From Candidatus Campbellbacteria bacterium (GTDB taxonomy: Bacteria; Patescibacteriota; Minisyncoccia; Phycocordibacterales; JAXHMZ01), in contig JAXHMZ010000001.1 in NCBI GenBank assembly GCA_034521025.1, forward strand, positions 15,921-79,920: a DNA stretch of 64,000 nt, given 5' to 3'. This document shows, piece after piece, positions 1 to 10,790 of this stretch (positions within the stretch are counted from its first letter, which is position 1; the number at the start of each line of letters is the position of its first letter). The notes beneath the pieces are model-generated. The model saw only the letters and a program-made list of their open reading frames with translations. It was not told the DNA's origin and ran no database searches. A program made the translations under genes and the position numbers.

Positions 1-862
1 ATACTATACTCTCACCTAGATCTTGGTGAAATTCGCGAATAATTGTCTCTTGCTCTTGATCGCGACCTTGACCAAACAGCGAGAACGATTCCAATATACC
101 ACGTGAAGTATTATCACGTATGTTTGTACGTCCGCGAACGTCGTAACCGTAATAATCTAGCACAAGTGATGCTATCGACGACCGCACACCCGAATCACAA
201 AAAAGCAATAACGGATCGCTTTTACTGATGCCTAGTTCTTCCATAGCTTCGTGTATCGCCTCCTCGTTTGTTGGATCATGCATGACATAGTGCCCGATCA
301 GACAAGATGTTTGTGAATCAGATAATGCGACCGGGTTGCAATATGTACCAAGCATAGTGTATTCGTTGTCGCGAGCTTCCTCGATAGATATATGAGGTGT
401 AAGTTTCTTCATGTTCGTTATACTCAACCGATTGTTCTTTACGAACGCATCCACTTCGAAAGCAGGATTGTTTTCTGAGTATGCTACGGCAAATTCGTCC
501 CAATTAGTACCTTCGTACACAACGCTTTCGTCAAAAGAATTGATAGATTTTAGCTCCTTGTAATTCCCGTAAGCATCAATCGAAAACCAACCGAGTACGA
601 GAATAGGCGTCACAGCTATCACTACAGTAATGGCTTTATGCTGTCTAAACCATCGCAACATTAAAAAACCATAGGCAAAGACACCGGCCGCGAACGCTAC
701 AAAAATACCTCCGGAAGACGCAAGAATCAGAGAAAGCGTCGAAGGTGAAAGATATGCAAATGTTATTTGTGGAGTAAGTGCAAACCACGCAAAAACCAAA
801 CCGACAACAGTCAGTACTTTGTTCCGCGCGTACGTTGAATTTTTATATTCACGATTATTCAT
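1..862 (-). CDS. Membrane-anchored protein with a rhodanese-like domain (runs off the window start)
   Basis: Manually translated open frame from ATG at 862 to the window edge. N-terminal hydrophobic segments, then LLLFCDSGVRSSIASLVLDYYGY, matching the rhodanese CxxGxRS loop. Confidence 0.6.
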   Translation of the reverse strand, partial: MNNREYKNSTYARNKVLTVVGLVFAWFALTPQITFAYLSPSTLSLILASSGGIFVAFAAGVFAYGFLMLRWFRQHKAITVVIAVTPILVLGWFSIDAYGNYKELKSINSFDESVVYEGTNWDEFAVAYSENNPAFEVDAFVKNNRLSITNMKKLTPHISIEEARDNEYTMLGTYCNPVALSDSQTSCLIGHYVMHDPTNEEAIHEAMEELGISKSDPLLLFCDSGVRSSIASLVLDYYGYDVRGRTNIRDNTSRGILESFSLFGQGRDQEQETIIREFHQDLGESIV

Positions 863-901
863 AGTATGAGAATAAATTGCTCGTTCGTACGAGTAATTTA
901 C

Positions 902-929
902 ACTATACCATACTAATTTATATTGTCAA
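902..929 (-). promoter_or_regulatory. Sigma70-type promoter TTGACA-N16-TATAGT with extended -10 TG
   Basis: Minus strand reads ttgaca atataaattagtatgg tatagt, about 40 bp upstream of the ATG at 862. Confidence 0.6.
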
Positions 930-932
930 TGA

Positions 933-2129
933 TTATCGCTCTTCAAACCTTGCCTCTCCAATAAACACATCGTGTGACATATAGTCCCGATAGACGCCAA
1001 GTGCTTCTTGTGACGAGTTAACGCGTATATCGGTCCACTGGGCACACCCTTGATCTTCAGTCTCGTCATATACAACACAAAATTCTGATTGCCACCAACT
1101 AAGCGCTTTAAGTCTCGGATAACGTCCAGACACAATATCCTCAAAGAAATCTTCCATCCATTCAGGCTTACGCTCGTCTTCGGTTACTCCATATTCCATA
1201 AGTGCGATTGGTTTCTCTTCACTTATCATATTGGATTCCGTTATCTGTTGATATACATTGTCAAATGTGAGCGACATATCCCACCAAAAGTCGTTTTTGG
1301 GATTTTGTGATCCATAACAGCTTACTCCGATCCAATCAATATAGTCGTCACCCGGATAGTAGCCATCCACTGAAGCTTCCGGATTACCTATGTCAGAATC
1401 CCAAATGCAATTCACATGGTAAAACCAAGTGACATTTTGCACCCCTTCGTCTCTAAAAATATCTATGATGCGTCGATAGGCGTCTCGGAATCTTTCGTGT
1501 CCATCGTATAATTCGGGATCACCATATTCGGTTTTTTCCAATCCTCCGTTGTATCGCAAATTCCACGGAAACCAAAAACCATTAACTTCGACCCCGAAAG
1601 TCACGAGCAAAGGCGACGGAATCGACTTTGCCTCTCTCGCCCACGCACGAATCTCCTCGTCGAATTTCCCGTCAATGAAATTCTCTAGTTTATACTTTTC
1701 GTAGTCACTTGTTATGCAGCGATCGTAAGGAAACATCCTTATAGAAGGAATGTTGCCCGAACGAACCACTTTCTCTACATCATTTCTCGGAAAGTGTATT
1801 CCTCGATCAAAGAAGTTGCGTTGTCCATTCAAACATTCGTTTGCGACCCCTCTGGGGAACCAAGTATTTGTAACCGAAATCCAAGATATACCTTTCCCTA
1901 CCAAGTCCTCGTGCTCGGAAATAATAGAAGGGTCTGATATATTATTCCATCCGGAAAACGCGTCCGGGGACATGGCGTGATAGATCTTTCCCTCAACGGG
2001 AACTAACTTTGCGTTAGGATTGGCATCTTCTCCGGTTGCCTTTTCAAGCGATTCTTCAAAAGGAGAAACTGTCACGCTTAAAAACGCAATTACTCCAAAC
2101 ACAAAAAATCCAATAACAAACTTTTTCAT
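933..2129 (-). CDS. Secreted or membrane-anchored glycoside hydrolase family 26 (beta-mannanase/lichenase-like)
   Basis: N-terminal hydrophobic segment MKKFVIGFF. GH26 motifs VEVNGFWFPW (acid/base), YYPGDDYIDWIGVSCY and IALMEYG (nucleophile). Confidence 0.85.
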   Translation of the reverse strand: MKKFVIGFFVFGVIAFLSVTVSPFEESLEKATGEDANPNAKLVPVEGKIYHAMSPDAFSGWNNISDPSIISEHEDLVGKGISWISVTNTWFPRGVANECLNGQRNFFDRGIHFPRNDVEKVVRSGNIPSIRMFPYDRCITSDYEKYKLENFIDGKFDEEIRAWAREAKSIPSPLLVTFGVEVNGFWFPWNLRYNGGLEKTEYGDPELYDGHERFRDAYRRIIDIFRDEGVQNVTWFYHVNCIWDSDIGNPEASVDGYYPGDDYIDWIGVSCYGSQNPKNDFWWDMSLTFDNVYQQITESNMISEEKPIALMEYGVTEDERKPEWMEDFFEDIVSGRYPRLKALSWWQSEFCVVYDETEDQGCAQWTDIRVNSSQEALGVYRDYMSHDVFIGEARFEER

Positions 2130-2167
2130 AATATTAATTGTAGTATATATCAATTGATCGTAAGTAT

Positions 2168-2198
2168 AAAAAAAGCGCCGGTTCCGAGGAACCGGCGC
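2168..2198 (-). terminator. Intrinsic terminator
   Basis: gcgccggttcc/ggaaccggcgc stem followed by a T-run on the minus strand, just after the upstream CDS. Confidence 0.75.
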
Positions 2199-2222
2199 AA
2201 GGTACTACAGATCTTTGAGGGA

Positions 2223-3833
2223 TCAGTTTTGAGAAGGGCGATGAAACGCATTGAATGTAACTTGACACTCATCTCGGCCATCTGACACGGTCACGGAGAA
2301 GGTTGCATCGAGCGGCAAGCGCTCTTCATACCACCTGGTCTCCTTCTGACCTGGATTACTTGCCTCGGGGCCAGTATTCCAACCGTCCGGAAAGTCGTAG
2401 TCGACGATTCGAACCCCATCCGCATACGTGTAGACAGTCAATGACATGTCTCCCGTATAATTGCGATGGGTATTAACGGTCATCTCCTGCTGGTTGTTGT
2501 CGGTACCAGTACCGCCAGCACCACAGGTCCGTTGCCGAAGAGGACTGTCTGCGCGAACATCGTCGGGGAAGTCGTATGAGTCCACACGACCTTCTCGTAC
2601 CATTTCGCGCAATTCGTCGATTTGATCCTGCTGATCATCAAGACGACGCGTGTTGTCGGCAATGTCACGTTCGTTATTGCCGATCCGACGCTCGTGGTCG
2701 TCAAGTTGATCTTGCTGCCCATCGTGACCTGCACGCAGATCATCAAGCATTGCGTTGAACTGATCGACGTTTGCATCGTCGCCTGCGGGACCTTGAGGTC
2801 CGCGAGGACCTTCGGGGCCACGGGGACCTTCAGGGCCGGGCGGGCCTACTTGACCAACTTCGCCAGGAAAGCCTCGAGGTCCTCGGGGACCTTGTGGGCC
2901 CTCACAGTCGTCACTCTGTTCACAGTATGCAACTACATCTTGGTAGACTTCCTGCTTGATTTCATCGACTCGATGTTCAAGCTCTGCATGGGCCATCCAC
3001 AACGAGCCAATCTCGTCTCTCCACTCATCCCAATCTTCAGGAAACTCTCGAAGAGCTTCTTCAATCTGCAGTTGGAAGTCTTGACGAAGCTCGAGATCCG
3101 CGCGAAGTGCTTCCGCGGTGGCCGCGTCAATGTCACGGCCGACACTGTCTTCCAGATCAGCAATCGCACCCTCAAGCCGTACTTCTGCATTTTCGACGGC
3201 GCGATTTGCCTGCCGTTCGATGAGATCCTTAAGCATATCAGGATCTCCTGCAAATGATTCGATGGCAAGCGGACATCCGGGTCTCGTATGGGTGCCACCA
3301 AGGTGTACAATCTCAAGCATGATCCCGAGCAACCGAGCGGCAACATTTTCTACTTCACCGCGCGTCGCATACTCGCCGGTCTCAAAGCTAAGCTCATTGT
3401 CGTTTTCTTGGTCAACACGTCCCGTCGTCACCCCGCATGCGTGATTAAGCGCCACCGAAGGACGTTGTTCATAGGGAACTTCTTCCCAATCAACATAGTC
3501 CCAATCAGCGGGATGATCCGGAACTTCGACCACCTGACCGAATTCGAGCGTATCGGTGTCGCTGGTACCGTATTGAACAGTTGCGATGTTATGCCACTGA
3601 TCTAGCCACTGTTCCCACGACTCATCATCGCGGACGTTACTTGTGTCCCACATGAACTCATAGACGAGCTCACGCAGGTCAGCGTCAGTATCGAAAGACT
3701 GTTCGCTGTCCACGTGCTCCTGGCTCTGCGCGCTGTGTCCGTTGGCAAAAGCCGGCATATAGCCGATAATCGCCAGAACGACAAACACGAGAGTCAGACG
3801 AATTGTCCAACGTACCTTAGTGTCGTAAGTCAT
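2223..3833 (-). CDS. Secreted acidic collagen-like/coiled-coil surface protein
   Basis: AAGGAGG RBS before ATG 3833. Signal-like hydrophobic stretch, degenerate SLH-like motif ([13 protein letters not shown]), about 14 Gly-X-Y triplets ([14 protein letters not shown]...), flanking heptad repeats. Confidence 0.75.
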   Translation of the reverse strand: MTYDTKVRWTIRLTLVFVVLAIIGYMPAFANGHSAQSQEHVDSEQSFDTDADLRELVYEFMWDTSNVRDDESWEQWLDQWHNIATVQYGTSDTDTLEFGQVVEVPDHPADWDYVDWEEVPYEQRPSVALNHACGVTTGRVDQENDNELSFETGEYATRGEVENVAARLLGIMLEIVHLGGTHTRPGCPLAIESFAGDPDMLKDLIERQANRAVENAEVRLEGAIADLEDSVGRDIDAATAEALRADLELRQDFQLQIEEALREFPEDWDEWRDEIGSLWMAHAELEHRVDEIKQEVYQDVVAYCEQSDDCEGPQGPRGPRGFPGEVGQVGPPGPEGPRGPEGPRGPQGPAGDDANVDQFNAMLDDLRAGHDGQQDQLDDHERRIGNNERDIADNTRRLDDQQDQIDELREMVREGRVDSYDFPDDVRADSPLRQRTCGAGGTGTDNNQQEMTVNTHRNYTGDMSLTVYTYADGVRIVDYDFPDGWNTGPEASNPGQKETRWYEERLPLDATFSVTVSDGRDECQVTFNAFHRPSQN

Positions 3834-3929
3834 TTTTCCTCCTTGTGGGATTGAATGGAACTTATCTGGCTTCGTCGGACGAGATTTCATTTTTCTCTCC
3901 CCTCTCTTCCCTTTCAAAGATCTGGCGAT

Positions 3930-3957
3930 ACTATATCACGTAATAGAAAAATGTCAA
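3930..3957 (-). promoter_or_regulatory. Sigma70-type promoter TTGACA-N16-TATAGT
   Basis: Minus strand reads ttgaca tttttctattacgtga tatagt. Confidence 0.6.
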
Positions 3958-4007
3958 CCTTTGTAAAGAGCTGACATTTAACTTTTTGTAATACAACTTT
4001 TCTTTTA

Positions 4008-5582
4008 TTAAGCAAGTGACGGTTGGACTACTTCTTTTACATTTACACTTGAAACATAGACCTCTTTTTCCGACTCCTCAACGGTTCGCTCGGTTTTATA
4101 CCATAACTGCGGTGTGTCCGGAGAACGATAATATTTGAAAGGCGCATAGAACCTAGGAATAGCCTGAACCACAAAGTGTACCGGAGTATATAGATACAGT
4201 ATTACTGACATTTTCAGGAGATACCCACGGCTCATCTTCTTGTCGTTATATGGTTCTATGTACTCCCTGAACATACGATACGTATAACCGTAAAAATCAA
4301 ATATAGTAATCGAGGCAAAAAGTAAATACAACATTACAAATTGAAAGCCTATGCTAAGTGCTCCATACGCTCCAACGACCATAAGAAACCAGCCTATTAC
4401 AGGCATTCCCAAGTGCCAAATTGAGCTATATGCGTTTGAGTATATTTTTAGAGTTAGATGGATCTTTCGGTACCACGGCAATTCTGATTCAACAACGTAA
4501 GGTATCAACTGAAAGTGTCCGCGTGCCCATCTTTCACGCTGTTTAAAATAAGTAGCATAGTTAGACGGCGACTGTTCGATCTCCGGACATGAGTACCATT
4601 CAGCCGTATGGCCAGTGAGAATATATGTCCGCAGACCAAGCTCGGCGTCTTCTACGAGTGAGCCGGCATCCCAACCACCAACGTGAAATAGAAGGTCTTT
4701 TTCAAAAAAGTAATTAGTACCAGCTAGGAAAAGAAGCTTCTTGTTCTTTCTCATGAGACGATGTGTCATAAAGCTCAAGTGGTGTACGACACCTTCGATA
4801 AAAGCTCCAATTCCGACTATGTTGAGATTCTTCATATTGGAAACTCCCAACACTATTCCTTGCAAGATCTTACTATTCTTCATCATTCGCAGAAAAGCGA
4901 TCTCCTTAAGAGAATCAACGTCTAGTCTTCCGTCCGCATCCAAAATTCCGATCATCTCTATATCTTCGTCATCTCCGGTGTAGCGAATATACTCGAGACA
5001 ATAGTTTAACGCGCGACCCTTTGTAGAGTGAGCATAAGTTTTTGTGAAATCTCCAAAGGTGCCAGAATACCACTCCGGAACCTCAACGCAGTTTACAAAC
5101 CCCGCCGGATAATTTTTCTGCAAGTCAAGTATAGTTTCTTTAGCGACTTCTTTTGTTGTGCGATCAACGTCATCGTACTTTTCACGTTCATCAACAATGA
5201 CGTAGATCTTATATGCGTCTTTTGGGTAATCCAATTCAGTAAGCCGTCTAATAGTGTTTTCTATAACACGGCCTTCATTACGAGCGGGAACGAAAACTGC
5301 AATTTTAGGGATATCACGACCTTTCATTGCAGAAACAGATATAATGTCTCGCATTGAGTAGACCTGCTTTTTCAACTTGGATTTATAATCATTCATAAAA
5401 TATACCCTGCGAAGGTATAGAAAACTACCAACAAAAAACACACCAATAGTTAGGTAGCTAAGTATCGTTATTATCTCTGAAGAAGAAAGTAGTATAAAAG
5501 TGAATAGCAAAATATCTACAGCAAGTATGATCTGTATCAAAAAAAGTATTCTATATAGATTTTTGTCCCAAAATTTTTTCAT
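4008..5582 (-). CDS. Processive family 2 glycosyltransferase (CesA/IcaA-like)
   Basis: VPARNE, KGRALN, DAD, LVED and QRERW (QxxRW) motifs, with N- and C-terminal TM helices. Confidence 0.9.
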   Translation of the reverse strand: MKKFWDKNLYRILFLIQIILAVDILLFTFILLSSSEIITILSYLTIGVFFVGSFLYLRRVYFMNDYKSKLKKQVYSMRDIISVSAMKGRDIPKIAVFVPARNEGRVIENTIRRLTELDYPKDAYKIYVIVDEREKYDDVDRTTKEVAKETILDLQKNYPAGFVNCVEVPEWYSGTFGDFTKTYAHSTKGRALNYCLEYIRYTGDDEDIEMIGILDADGRLDVDSLKEIAFLRMMKNSKILQGIVLGVSNMKNLNIVGIGAFIEGVVHHLSFMTHRLMRKNKKLLFLAGTNYFFEKDLLFHVGGWDAGSLVEDAELGLRTYILTGHTAEWYSCPEIEQSPSNYATYFKQRERWARGHFQLIPYVVESELPWYRKIHLTLKIYSNAYSSIWHLGMPVIGWFLMVVGAYGALSIGFQFVMLYLLFASITIFDFYGYTYRMFREYIEPYNDKKMSRGYLLKMSVILYLYTPVHFVVQAIPRFYAPFKYYRSPDTPQLWYKTERTVEESEKEVYVSSVNVKEVVQPSLA

Positions 5583-5598
5583 ATTTCTAGGTTTTGTA

Positions 5599-5626
5599 AC
5601 TATACCATTTATTTTACTTATGTCAA
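5599..5626 (-). promoter_or_regulatory. Sigma70-type promoter TTGACA-N16-TATAGT
   Basis: Minus strand reads ttgaca taagtaaaataaatgg tatagt, immediately upstream of the GT2 start. Confidence 0.6.
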
Positions 5627-5679
5627 TAGAAAAACCCCTGCCGTTTTACCAGCAGGGGCTCAATGATCAAGGAACTAGG

Positions 5680-7515
5680 TTAGCGAGGTTCTACGTCAAT
5701 CACACAACGTGTTTCTTCTCCGTCGTCGACTCTAAGGTCAACAATGGCATCGGTGGTTTTTGTGCAATTATCGCCGGTAACTGAATCGACAACAAAGTCT
5801 TGGTTGTCGTCGAGCACCGCCCGATAATTGTTTTCTTCCACAAAAACCTTTTCACCGTCTTCGATGTCGCGAGAGATCAATTCTCCGCTTGATCGTTCGT
5901 AGACAGTAAAGGAAACGGCACGATCAATCTCAAAAACGTAATTACCTAAGCTGGAGCCACTCTCTCCCCCCACCAAGTCAAACCTGATGGTCTCAACATC
6001 CCTGTCGTCATCGCGTTCAACTTCCAGACGCACAACAACTTCACCGTCATCGTAGTCTGAGAACGAGATGTACTTGGAATGAGACTCGCGGGTGGATGAG
6101 TAGATCTCGAGATCGTCAACACGGATGGTCAGTTCGGCGTCATCCGCCGAAGAGACAGCTCCCCAATTGACCGAGAAGCCCTTGCCGTCGTCGACATCGA
6201 CATCGTCGTTGTCACGAACGTGACTTCCATCAGAGTCGGTCACGTTCAAGTAATCGATGAGGTTGGGATCAGAATCGTGATCCTCAAACTCAAAGTACAA
6301 GACGCAGTCAACGGTCTCTCCTTCATCCACATTAACGCGGATACGGAAGTCATTGACCTTGGTGCAGTCTTGCCTGACCCTGTCGAGGTCGTAGCCAAGG
6401 TTGGAAGGAGCGTTAATGTAATAACGACCTTCATTTACCCTAGCTCGATCACCGTCACGGTAGGTATCAACGTACGCGCCATCTGAGGCTTCTAGCTCTA
6501 GCGGAAAATCTTCCGGTTCGAGGTCGCCTCCGGTCACGCGAACGTCAAAATCGATCCGACCGGATCCATTTGAAGGATCACTTCCCCCCACCAAGTCAAA
6601 CCTGATGGTCTCAACATCCCTGTCGTCATCGCGTTCAACTTCCAGACGCACAACAACTTCACCGTCATCGTAGTCTGAGAACGAGATGTACTTGGAATGA
6701 GACTCGCGGGTGGACGAGTAGATCCTGTGACCGTCAACACGGATGGTCAGTTCGGCGTCATCCGCCGAAGAGACAGCTCCCCAATTGACCGAGAAGCCCT
6801 TGCCGTCGTCGACATCGACATCGTCGTTGTCACGAACGTGACTTCCATCAGAGTCGGTCACGTTCAAGTAATCGATGAGGTTGGGGTCATTGTTCCCGGT
6901 ATCATTGTCCTCATCATCGTTATGGTCGTCGTTGTCGTCTCCGCCGTGGTCACTGTTTCCATCGTCGCCGTCGTCATCGCCACTGTCATCGTTACCGCCG
7001 TCGGTATCCTTATCGCTGTCGTTATCGCCATTATCGTCGTCTTGACTTCCAACGTTAACAACGATCTCAATCGGCGAGCCGGATCTGTTGTTGCCTGACT
7101 TGTCGCTCAGGTAGAGCACAAAATGGTACTCTCCCGACCTTTGCGGCGTCCAATTGAACGTTTCTACGGACTCTTGGTCTCCGAAGTTGTGCGTATGCAC
7201 AACCGGGAGATCGCTCACATCCGTATCGGTCGTATTCCACTCACCAAGCTCAACCCGATAAGTACCGCGAACGTATCCATAGACAATGGTAAGTTCTTCA
7301 CCGATGTCCACGTCAGCCCTAGAGCGAGCATCAGCCCAGCTCCAGGTACGGTCTTGGTTGTCCTGATAAGTAGAATTATCAACTGCGACTAGGAAGGCTT
7401 GGGGGGTTACAGCGTTTTCACCGCTGTTGCCGTCTTTTGGTTGCTGATTCAGTTGAGTACAAGCCCCAAGAAACAGCAATACAAACGGCACCAATAGCAA
7501 ACCGATCTTTTTCAT
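5680..7515 (-). CDS. Putative acidic lipoprotein with Asp-rich linker and duplicated beta-rich domain
   Basis: AAGGAGG RBS, lipobox-like LFLGAC, D/G/N-rich linker, and a ~100-aa domain (DPNLIDYLNV...FDLVGG) present twice. Confidence 0.75.
   Translation of the reverse strand: MKKIGLLLVPFVLLFLGACTQLNQQPKDGNSGENAVTPQAFLVAVDNSTYQDNQDRTWSWADARSRADVDIGEELTIVYGYVRGTYRVELGEWNTTDTDVSDLPVVHTHNFGDQESVETFNWTPQRSGEYHFVLYLSDKSGNNRSGSPIEIVVNVGSQDDDNGDNDSDKDTDGGNDDSGDDDGDDGNSDHGGDDNDDHNDDEDNDTGNNDPNLIDYLNVTDSDGSHVRDNDDVDVDDGKGFSVNWGAVSSADDAELTIRVDGHRIYSSTRESHSKYISFSDYDDGEVVVRLEVERDDDRDVETIRFDLVGGSDPSNGSGRIDFDVRVTGGDLEPEDFPLELEASDGAYVDTYRDGDRARVNEGRYYINAPSNLGYDLDRVRQDCTKVNDFRIRVNVDEGETVDCVLYFEFEDHDSDPNLIDYLNVTDSDGSHVRDNDDVDVDDGKGFSVNWGAVSSADDAELTIRVDDLEIYSSTRESHSKYISFSDYDDGEVVVRLEVERDDDRDVETIRFDLVGGESGSSLGNYVFEIDRAVSFTVYERSSGELISRDIEDGEKVFVEENNYRAVLDDNQDFVVDSVTGDNCTKTTDAIVDLRVDDGEETRCVIDVEPR
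5965..6889. repeat. Intragenic direct repeat of ~307 bp (about 5965-6271 and 6583-6889, offset 618)
   Basis: Near-identical DNA copies with about 6 substitutions, most clustered in DGHRIYSS vs DDLEIYSS. Confidence 0.9.
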
Positions 7516-7703
7516 TTTTCCCTCCTTGGGATTTTGAAAGACTTAGGTTGAGTTCGTTTTGAGTAGCCGTCGTTACTTGCTCCTCTCTCGCTTAACCGAA
7601 GTTCCGCGGATATTTATATCATAAAATATTGATTTGTCAATATTTTTGTGGTACTGTAAAGATTCAAATTGCTATTTGAGAATAACGTCTTTAGAATGAA
7701 AAT

Positions 7704-9215
7704 ATGCCTAAAGTAAAAGAACTATTACACGAGATGCCGAACAATATGAGCAAAGAGGACGAGGAATTGGTCCGACGCGCTTTTGCTTTTTCAGAAAAAG
7801 CCCACGAGGGACAAGAACGATACTCGGGAGAGCCATATTTTATACACTCCTTTGAAACAGCAAAAATTCTCGCAAGTATCAATATGAGCGCGGTTACTGT
7901 GGCAGCAGGTATTTTGCATGATGTTATGGAAGATTCCGATGTTAGTGAGGAAGAGCTAAAGGAAGAGTTCGGGGCTGAGATCGTTTTTCTAGTAGACGGA
8001 GTAACAAAGCTGGGTAAGCTCCGGTTTCAAGGCCTCACTCGCCATGCCGAAAGTCTGCGCAAGTTTTTTATAGCTACTTCAAAAGATATTAGGGTGGTCA
8101 TAATAAAACTAGCTGACCGTCTACACAATATGCACACACTTGAACACGTACCAGAACACAAACGCAAAAGAATAGCTCAGGAAACGCTCGAGATATACGC
8201 TCCACTGGCCTACAGACTGGGAATACGTAAATTAACAAAAGAGCTTGAGGATCTGGCTTTTCCTTATGTATATCCCGAGGAAGCTGAGAAAACCCAGAAA
8301 ATACTCCAAGAACGAGAGAAAGACGCAAACGCCTACGTTCAAAAAGTGTATAAGCTTTTAAAGAAAAAATTGGCCGAAAACGGTTACCGTAACGCTAAAA
8401 CCGAATTTAGAACCAAAGGGGTCTACAGTTTGTATAAGAAACTCATCCGCAAAGATATGGACGTAGAAAGAATTCACGATCTGGCGGCTATACGAGTAAT
8501 AGTACCAACCGTAGCGGATTGTTATGCCGTACTCGGGATCATTCATGGCACTTGGAGACCCTTGCCAGGGCGCGTAAAGGATTATATTGCTTTTGAAAAG
8601 CCCAACGGATACCAATCCATACATACCGATATATTTACCGGCGATGGCGGTATTGTGGAAATGCAGATACGCACCGAAGAGATGCACCGAGAAGCAGAAT
8701 TTGGAATCGCAAGCCACCTGTCTTACAAACAGGGATTCAGAGGAAATGCCGTCAATCCGAACTTATTGTGGCTACGCCAACTGCTACCACGCAGTTATTC
8801 TCGTGAAAAAACCGAAACCGAAGAATGGACGCGCGATGTTCCTAGCTGGGTCAAAGAATTAAATGAGTATCAGGAAGAAGCTTACGGATATGAATTTTTA
8901 GACAACCTCAAGAGTGACTTTATGAAACACAGAATTTTTGTGTTTACTCCAAAAGGAGAAGTGGTCGATCTTCCTAAAGATTCAACACCCGTAGACTTTG
9001 CTTATTCCATACACTCAGATATAGGAGATCATATGAGTAGCGCCAAGGTAAACGGCAAGATGTCGTCACTTTCCACACCCCTACAAAACGGCGACATAGT
9101 AGAAATAACGACCAAAAAATCCGCGCAACCCAATCGTAAGTGGCTTGACTTCGTAAAGACCGCCCTAGCTAAGCGTCACATAAAGCTTTTCTTGCAAAAA
9201 GGAGAAAGTAAATAA
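7704..9215 (+). CDS. rel: RelA/SpoT family (p)ppGpp hydrolase/synthetase (HD + synthetase + TGS, no ACT)
   Basis: RYSGEPYFIH, LHDVMED, KLADRLHNM, KPNGYQSIHT, EMQIRT and TGS motif TPVDFAYSIHS. Confidence 0.95.
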   Translation: MPKVKELLHEMPNNMSKEDEELVRRAFAFSEKAHEGQERYSGEPYFIHSFETAKILASINMSAVTVAAGILHDVMEDSDVSEEELKEEFGAEIVFLVDGVTKLGKLRFQGLTRHAESLRKFFIATSKDIRVVIIKLADRLHNMHTLEHVPEHKRKRIAQETLEIYAPLAYRLGIRKLTKELEDLAFPYVYPEEAEKTQKILQEREKDANAYVQKVYKLLKKKLAENGYRNAKTEFRTKGVYSLYKKLIRKDMDVERIHDLAAIRVIVPTVADCYAVLGIIHGTWRPLPGRVKDYIAFEKPNGYQSIHTDIFTGDGGIVEMQIRTEEMHREAEFGIASHLSYKQGFRGNAVNPNLLWLRQLLPRSYSREKTETEEWTRDVPSWVKELNEYQEEAYGYEFLDNLKSDFMKHRIFVFTPKGEVVDLPKDSTPVDFAYSIHSDIGDHMSSAKVNGKMSSLSTPLQNGDIVEITTKKSAQPNRKWLDFVKTALAKRHIKLFLQKGESK

Positions 9216-9216
9216 A

Positions 9217-10485
9217 CTATATATTAAAATTGGAGATCGAATATAGCTCGTCGTCGTTATCATCTTCCTTTTTATCTTCGGAATCACTTTCTTGTGTTAG
9301 ATCCGGTTCTTCTTCTGTACTTTCGCTTTCCTCCTCGCCATGACTAACTTCTGCTCCGTAGGTCGGGATATCCGCGGCAGGGGCTGTGTCTTCCCTTTTT
9401 TCCTCTCGTGTATTCAAGTAAGAACTCCAATCGTATTGGGGTGTTTTATTCGCTTCTTCTTCGGAACCGCTTTCCGTTTGTTTCACTTCCTCGTCAGATT
9501 CATTGCTTTTCTCAAACGACTGTGGTTCAGAGTATATGTTTTCTTCACGCGACTCTTCGGTTCCAGTTTCTTCTGGCTCTTCTTTAGTTTCGGGTTGTGA
9601 CGCTTGTTGAGAATTAATAAAGCGGCTTAGCATATCGTACTTTTCAGCGGAATTTTGCGCCGAAGAAGATAGTAAAGTGATTATATTTTTTACATCCTCG
9701 GGAGAGAAAAAGTCTATCATTATTTTGCCACCGTTTTCGCGAGATTCAATTTGCACTCGCGTACCGAGCGATTCTGAAAGTTTACCTTCTAGCTCTACAA
9801 GCTCTGGGTCTACTCTGCGATCCTTTTTGCGCACTTTATCGTGCGCTATTCTGCGAGCTATTGATTCAGTTTCGCGAACACTGAGATTTTTGTACACAAC
9901 CTCTTTAAAGACGGTGGCTAATTCATCTGGCTTGTCACTAAGCATCATTAGTGTACGGGCGTGCCCTTCCGATATTTTGCTACCGGCAACCGCCTCTCTG
10001 ATCTCTTCAGGCAAGGTCAATAATCTGAGAGTGTTTGATACGTACTCACGCGACTTTCCAACTTTCTTTCCAACCTCACTGTGCTTGAGTTTAAACTCTT
10101 CTACTAATCGGTTGAAAGCTACTGCTCGATCGATCGGGTTAAGATCTTCTCGTTGAATATTTTCTATGATCGCCAGCTCAAGCTTGAGAAGAGAATCTTC
10201 TTCGCCGCTTTTGATTATCACCGGCACTTGGCCCAGGTTCGCCATTCTAGCTGCGCGCAAACGTCTTTCACCGGCGATAAGTTCATACTCGGTAGATATG
10301 CCCCCATCAGACTTCTCTACTTCGCTTCGCGTTACCACGAGCGGCTGCAAAACACCATACTGTCGCACCGATTCAGATAGGCTCTGCAGCTTTTCCTCAT
10401 CAAATTCCTTTCTGGGTTGATGTGGATTGGTTTTTATTTTTCCGACTTCGATCCAAAAAATTGAGTTCCCTTGAAAATATGACAT
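9217..10485 (-). CDS. parB: ParB/Spo0J partition protein with long acidic C-terminal tail
   Basis: NPHQPRKEF, GVLQPLVV, IAGERRLRAA, IENIQREDLNPI and HTH GKSREYVSNTLRLL. Confidence 0.95.
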   Translation of the reverse strand: MSYFQGNSIFWIEVGKIKTNPHQPRKEFDEEKLQSLSESVRQYGVLQPLVVTRSEVEKSDGGISTEYELIAGERRLRAARMANLGQVPVIIKSGEEDSLLKLELAIIENIQREDLNPIDRAVAFNRLVEEFKLKHSEVGKKVGKSREYVSNTLRLLTLPEEIREAVAGSKISEGHARTLMMLSDKPDELATVFKEVVYKNLSVRETESIARRIAHDKVRKKDRRVDPELVELEGKLSESLGTRVQIESRENGGKIMIDFFSPEDVKNIITLLSSSAQNSAEKYDMLSRFINSQQASQPETKEEPEETGTEESREENIYSEPQSFEKSNESDEEVKQTESGSEEEANKTPQYDWSSYLNTREEKREDTAPAADIPTYGAEVSHGEEESESTEEEPDLTQESDSEDKKEDDNDDELYSISNFNI

Positions 10486-10592
10486 TGCCTGTATTGTTCG
10501 TTATTTAGCACAGTATATCACACACAAGTATTTGACTTTATAAACACTCTTTGTTTTATTTGAAATGGAGGTCAAAGGAGAGGAGTGAAAAT

Positions 10593-10790
10593 ATGAGTAT
10601 AGAAGGAGAGTTATTCACCCTATGCGGAAGAGACACTGAGGAAGTCCGAGATCTAGTAGAGGACCTAAGGAGCAAAGACCTTAACATTTGTTTTTGGAAG
10701 GAAGATCGGTCTGAGCCAATACTCTACCACCAAGGGTGGCAAGAGCCCATCATTGGACACAGCCGCATTTGCAATAAGTTCGGGGTATAG
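10593..10790 (+). CDS. Small hypothetical protein
   Basis: GGAGAGGAG RBS before ATG 10593, 65 aa, followed by a terminator-like hairpin at 10838-10862. Confidence 0.5.
   Translation: MSIEGELFTLCGRDTEEVRDLVEDLRSKDLNICFWKEDRSEPILYHQGWQEPIIGHSRICNKFGV

Noticed and set aside
5965-6889. Diversity-generating retroelement TR/VR pair
   Set aside because: Both copies are in frame within one gene, mismatches are not confined to adenines of one copy, and no reverse transcriptase is nearby.
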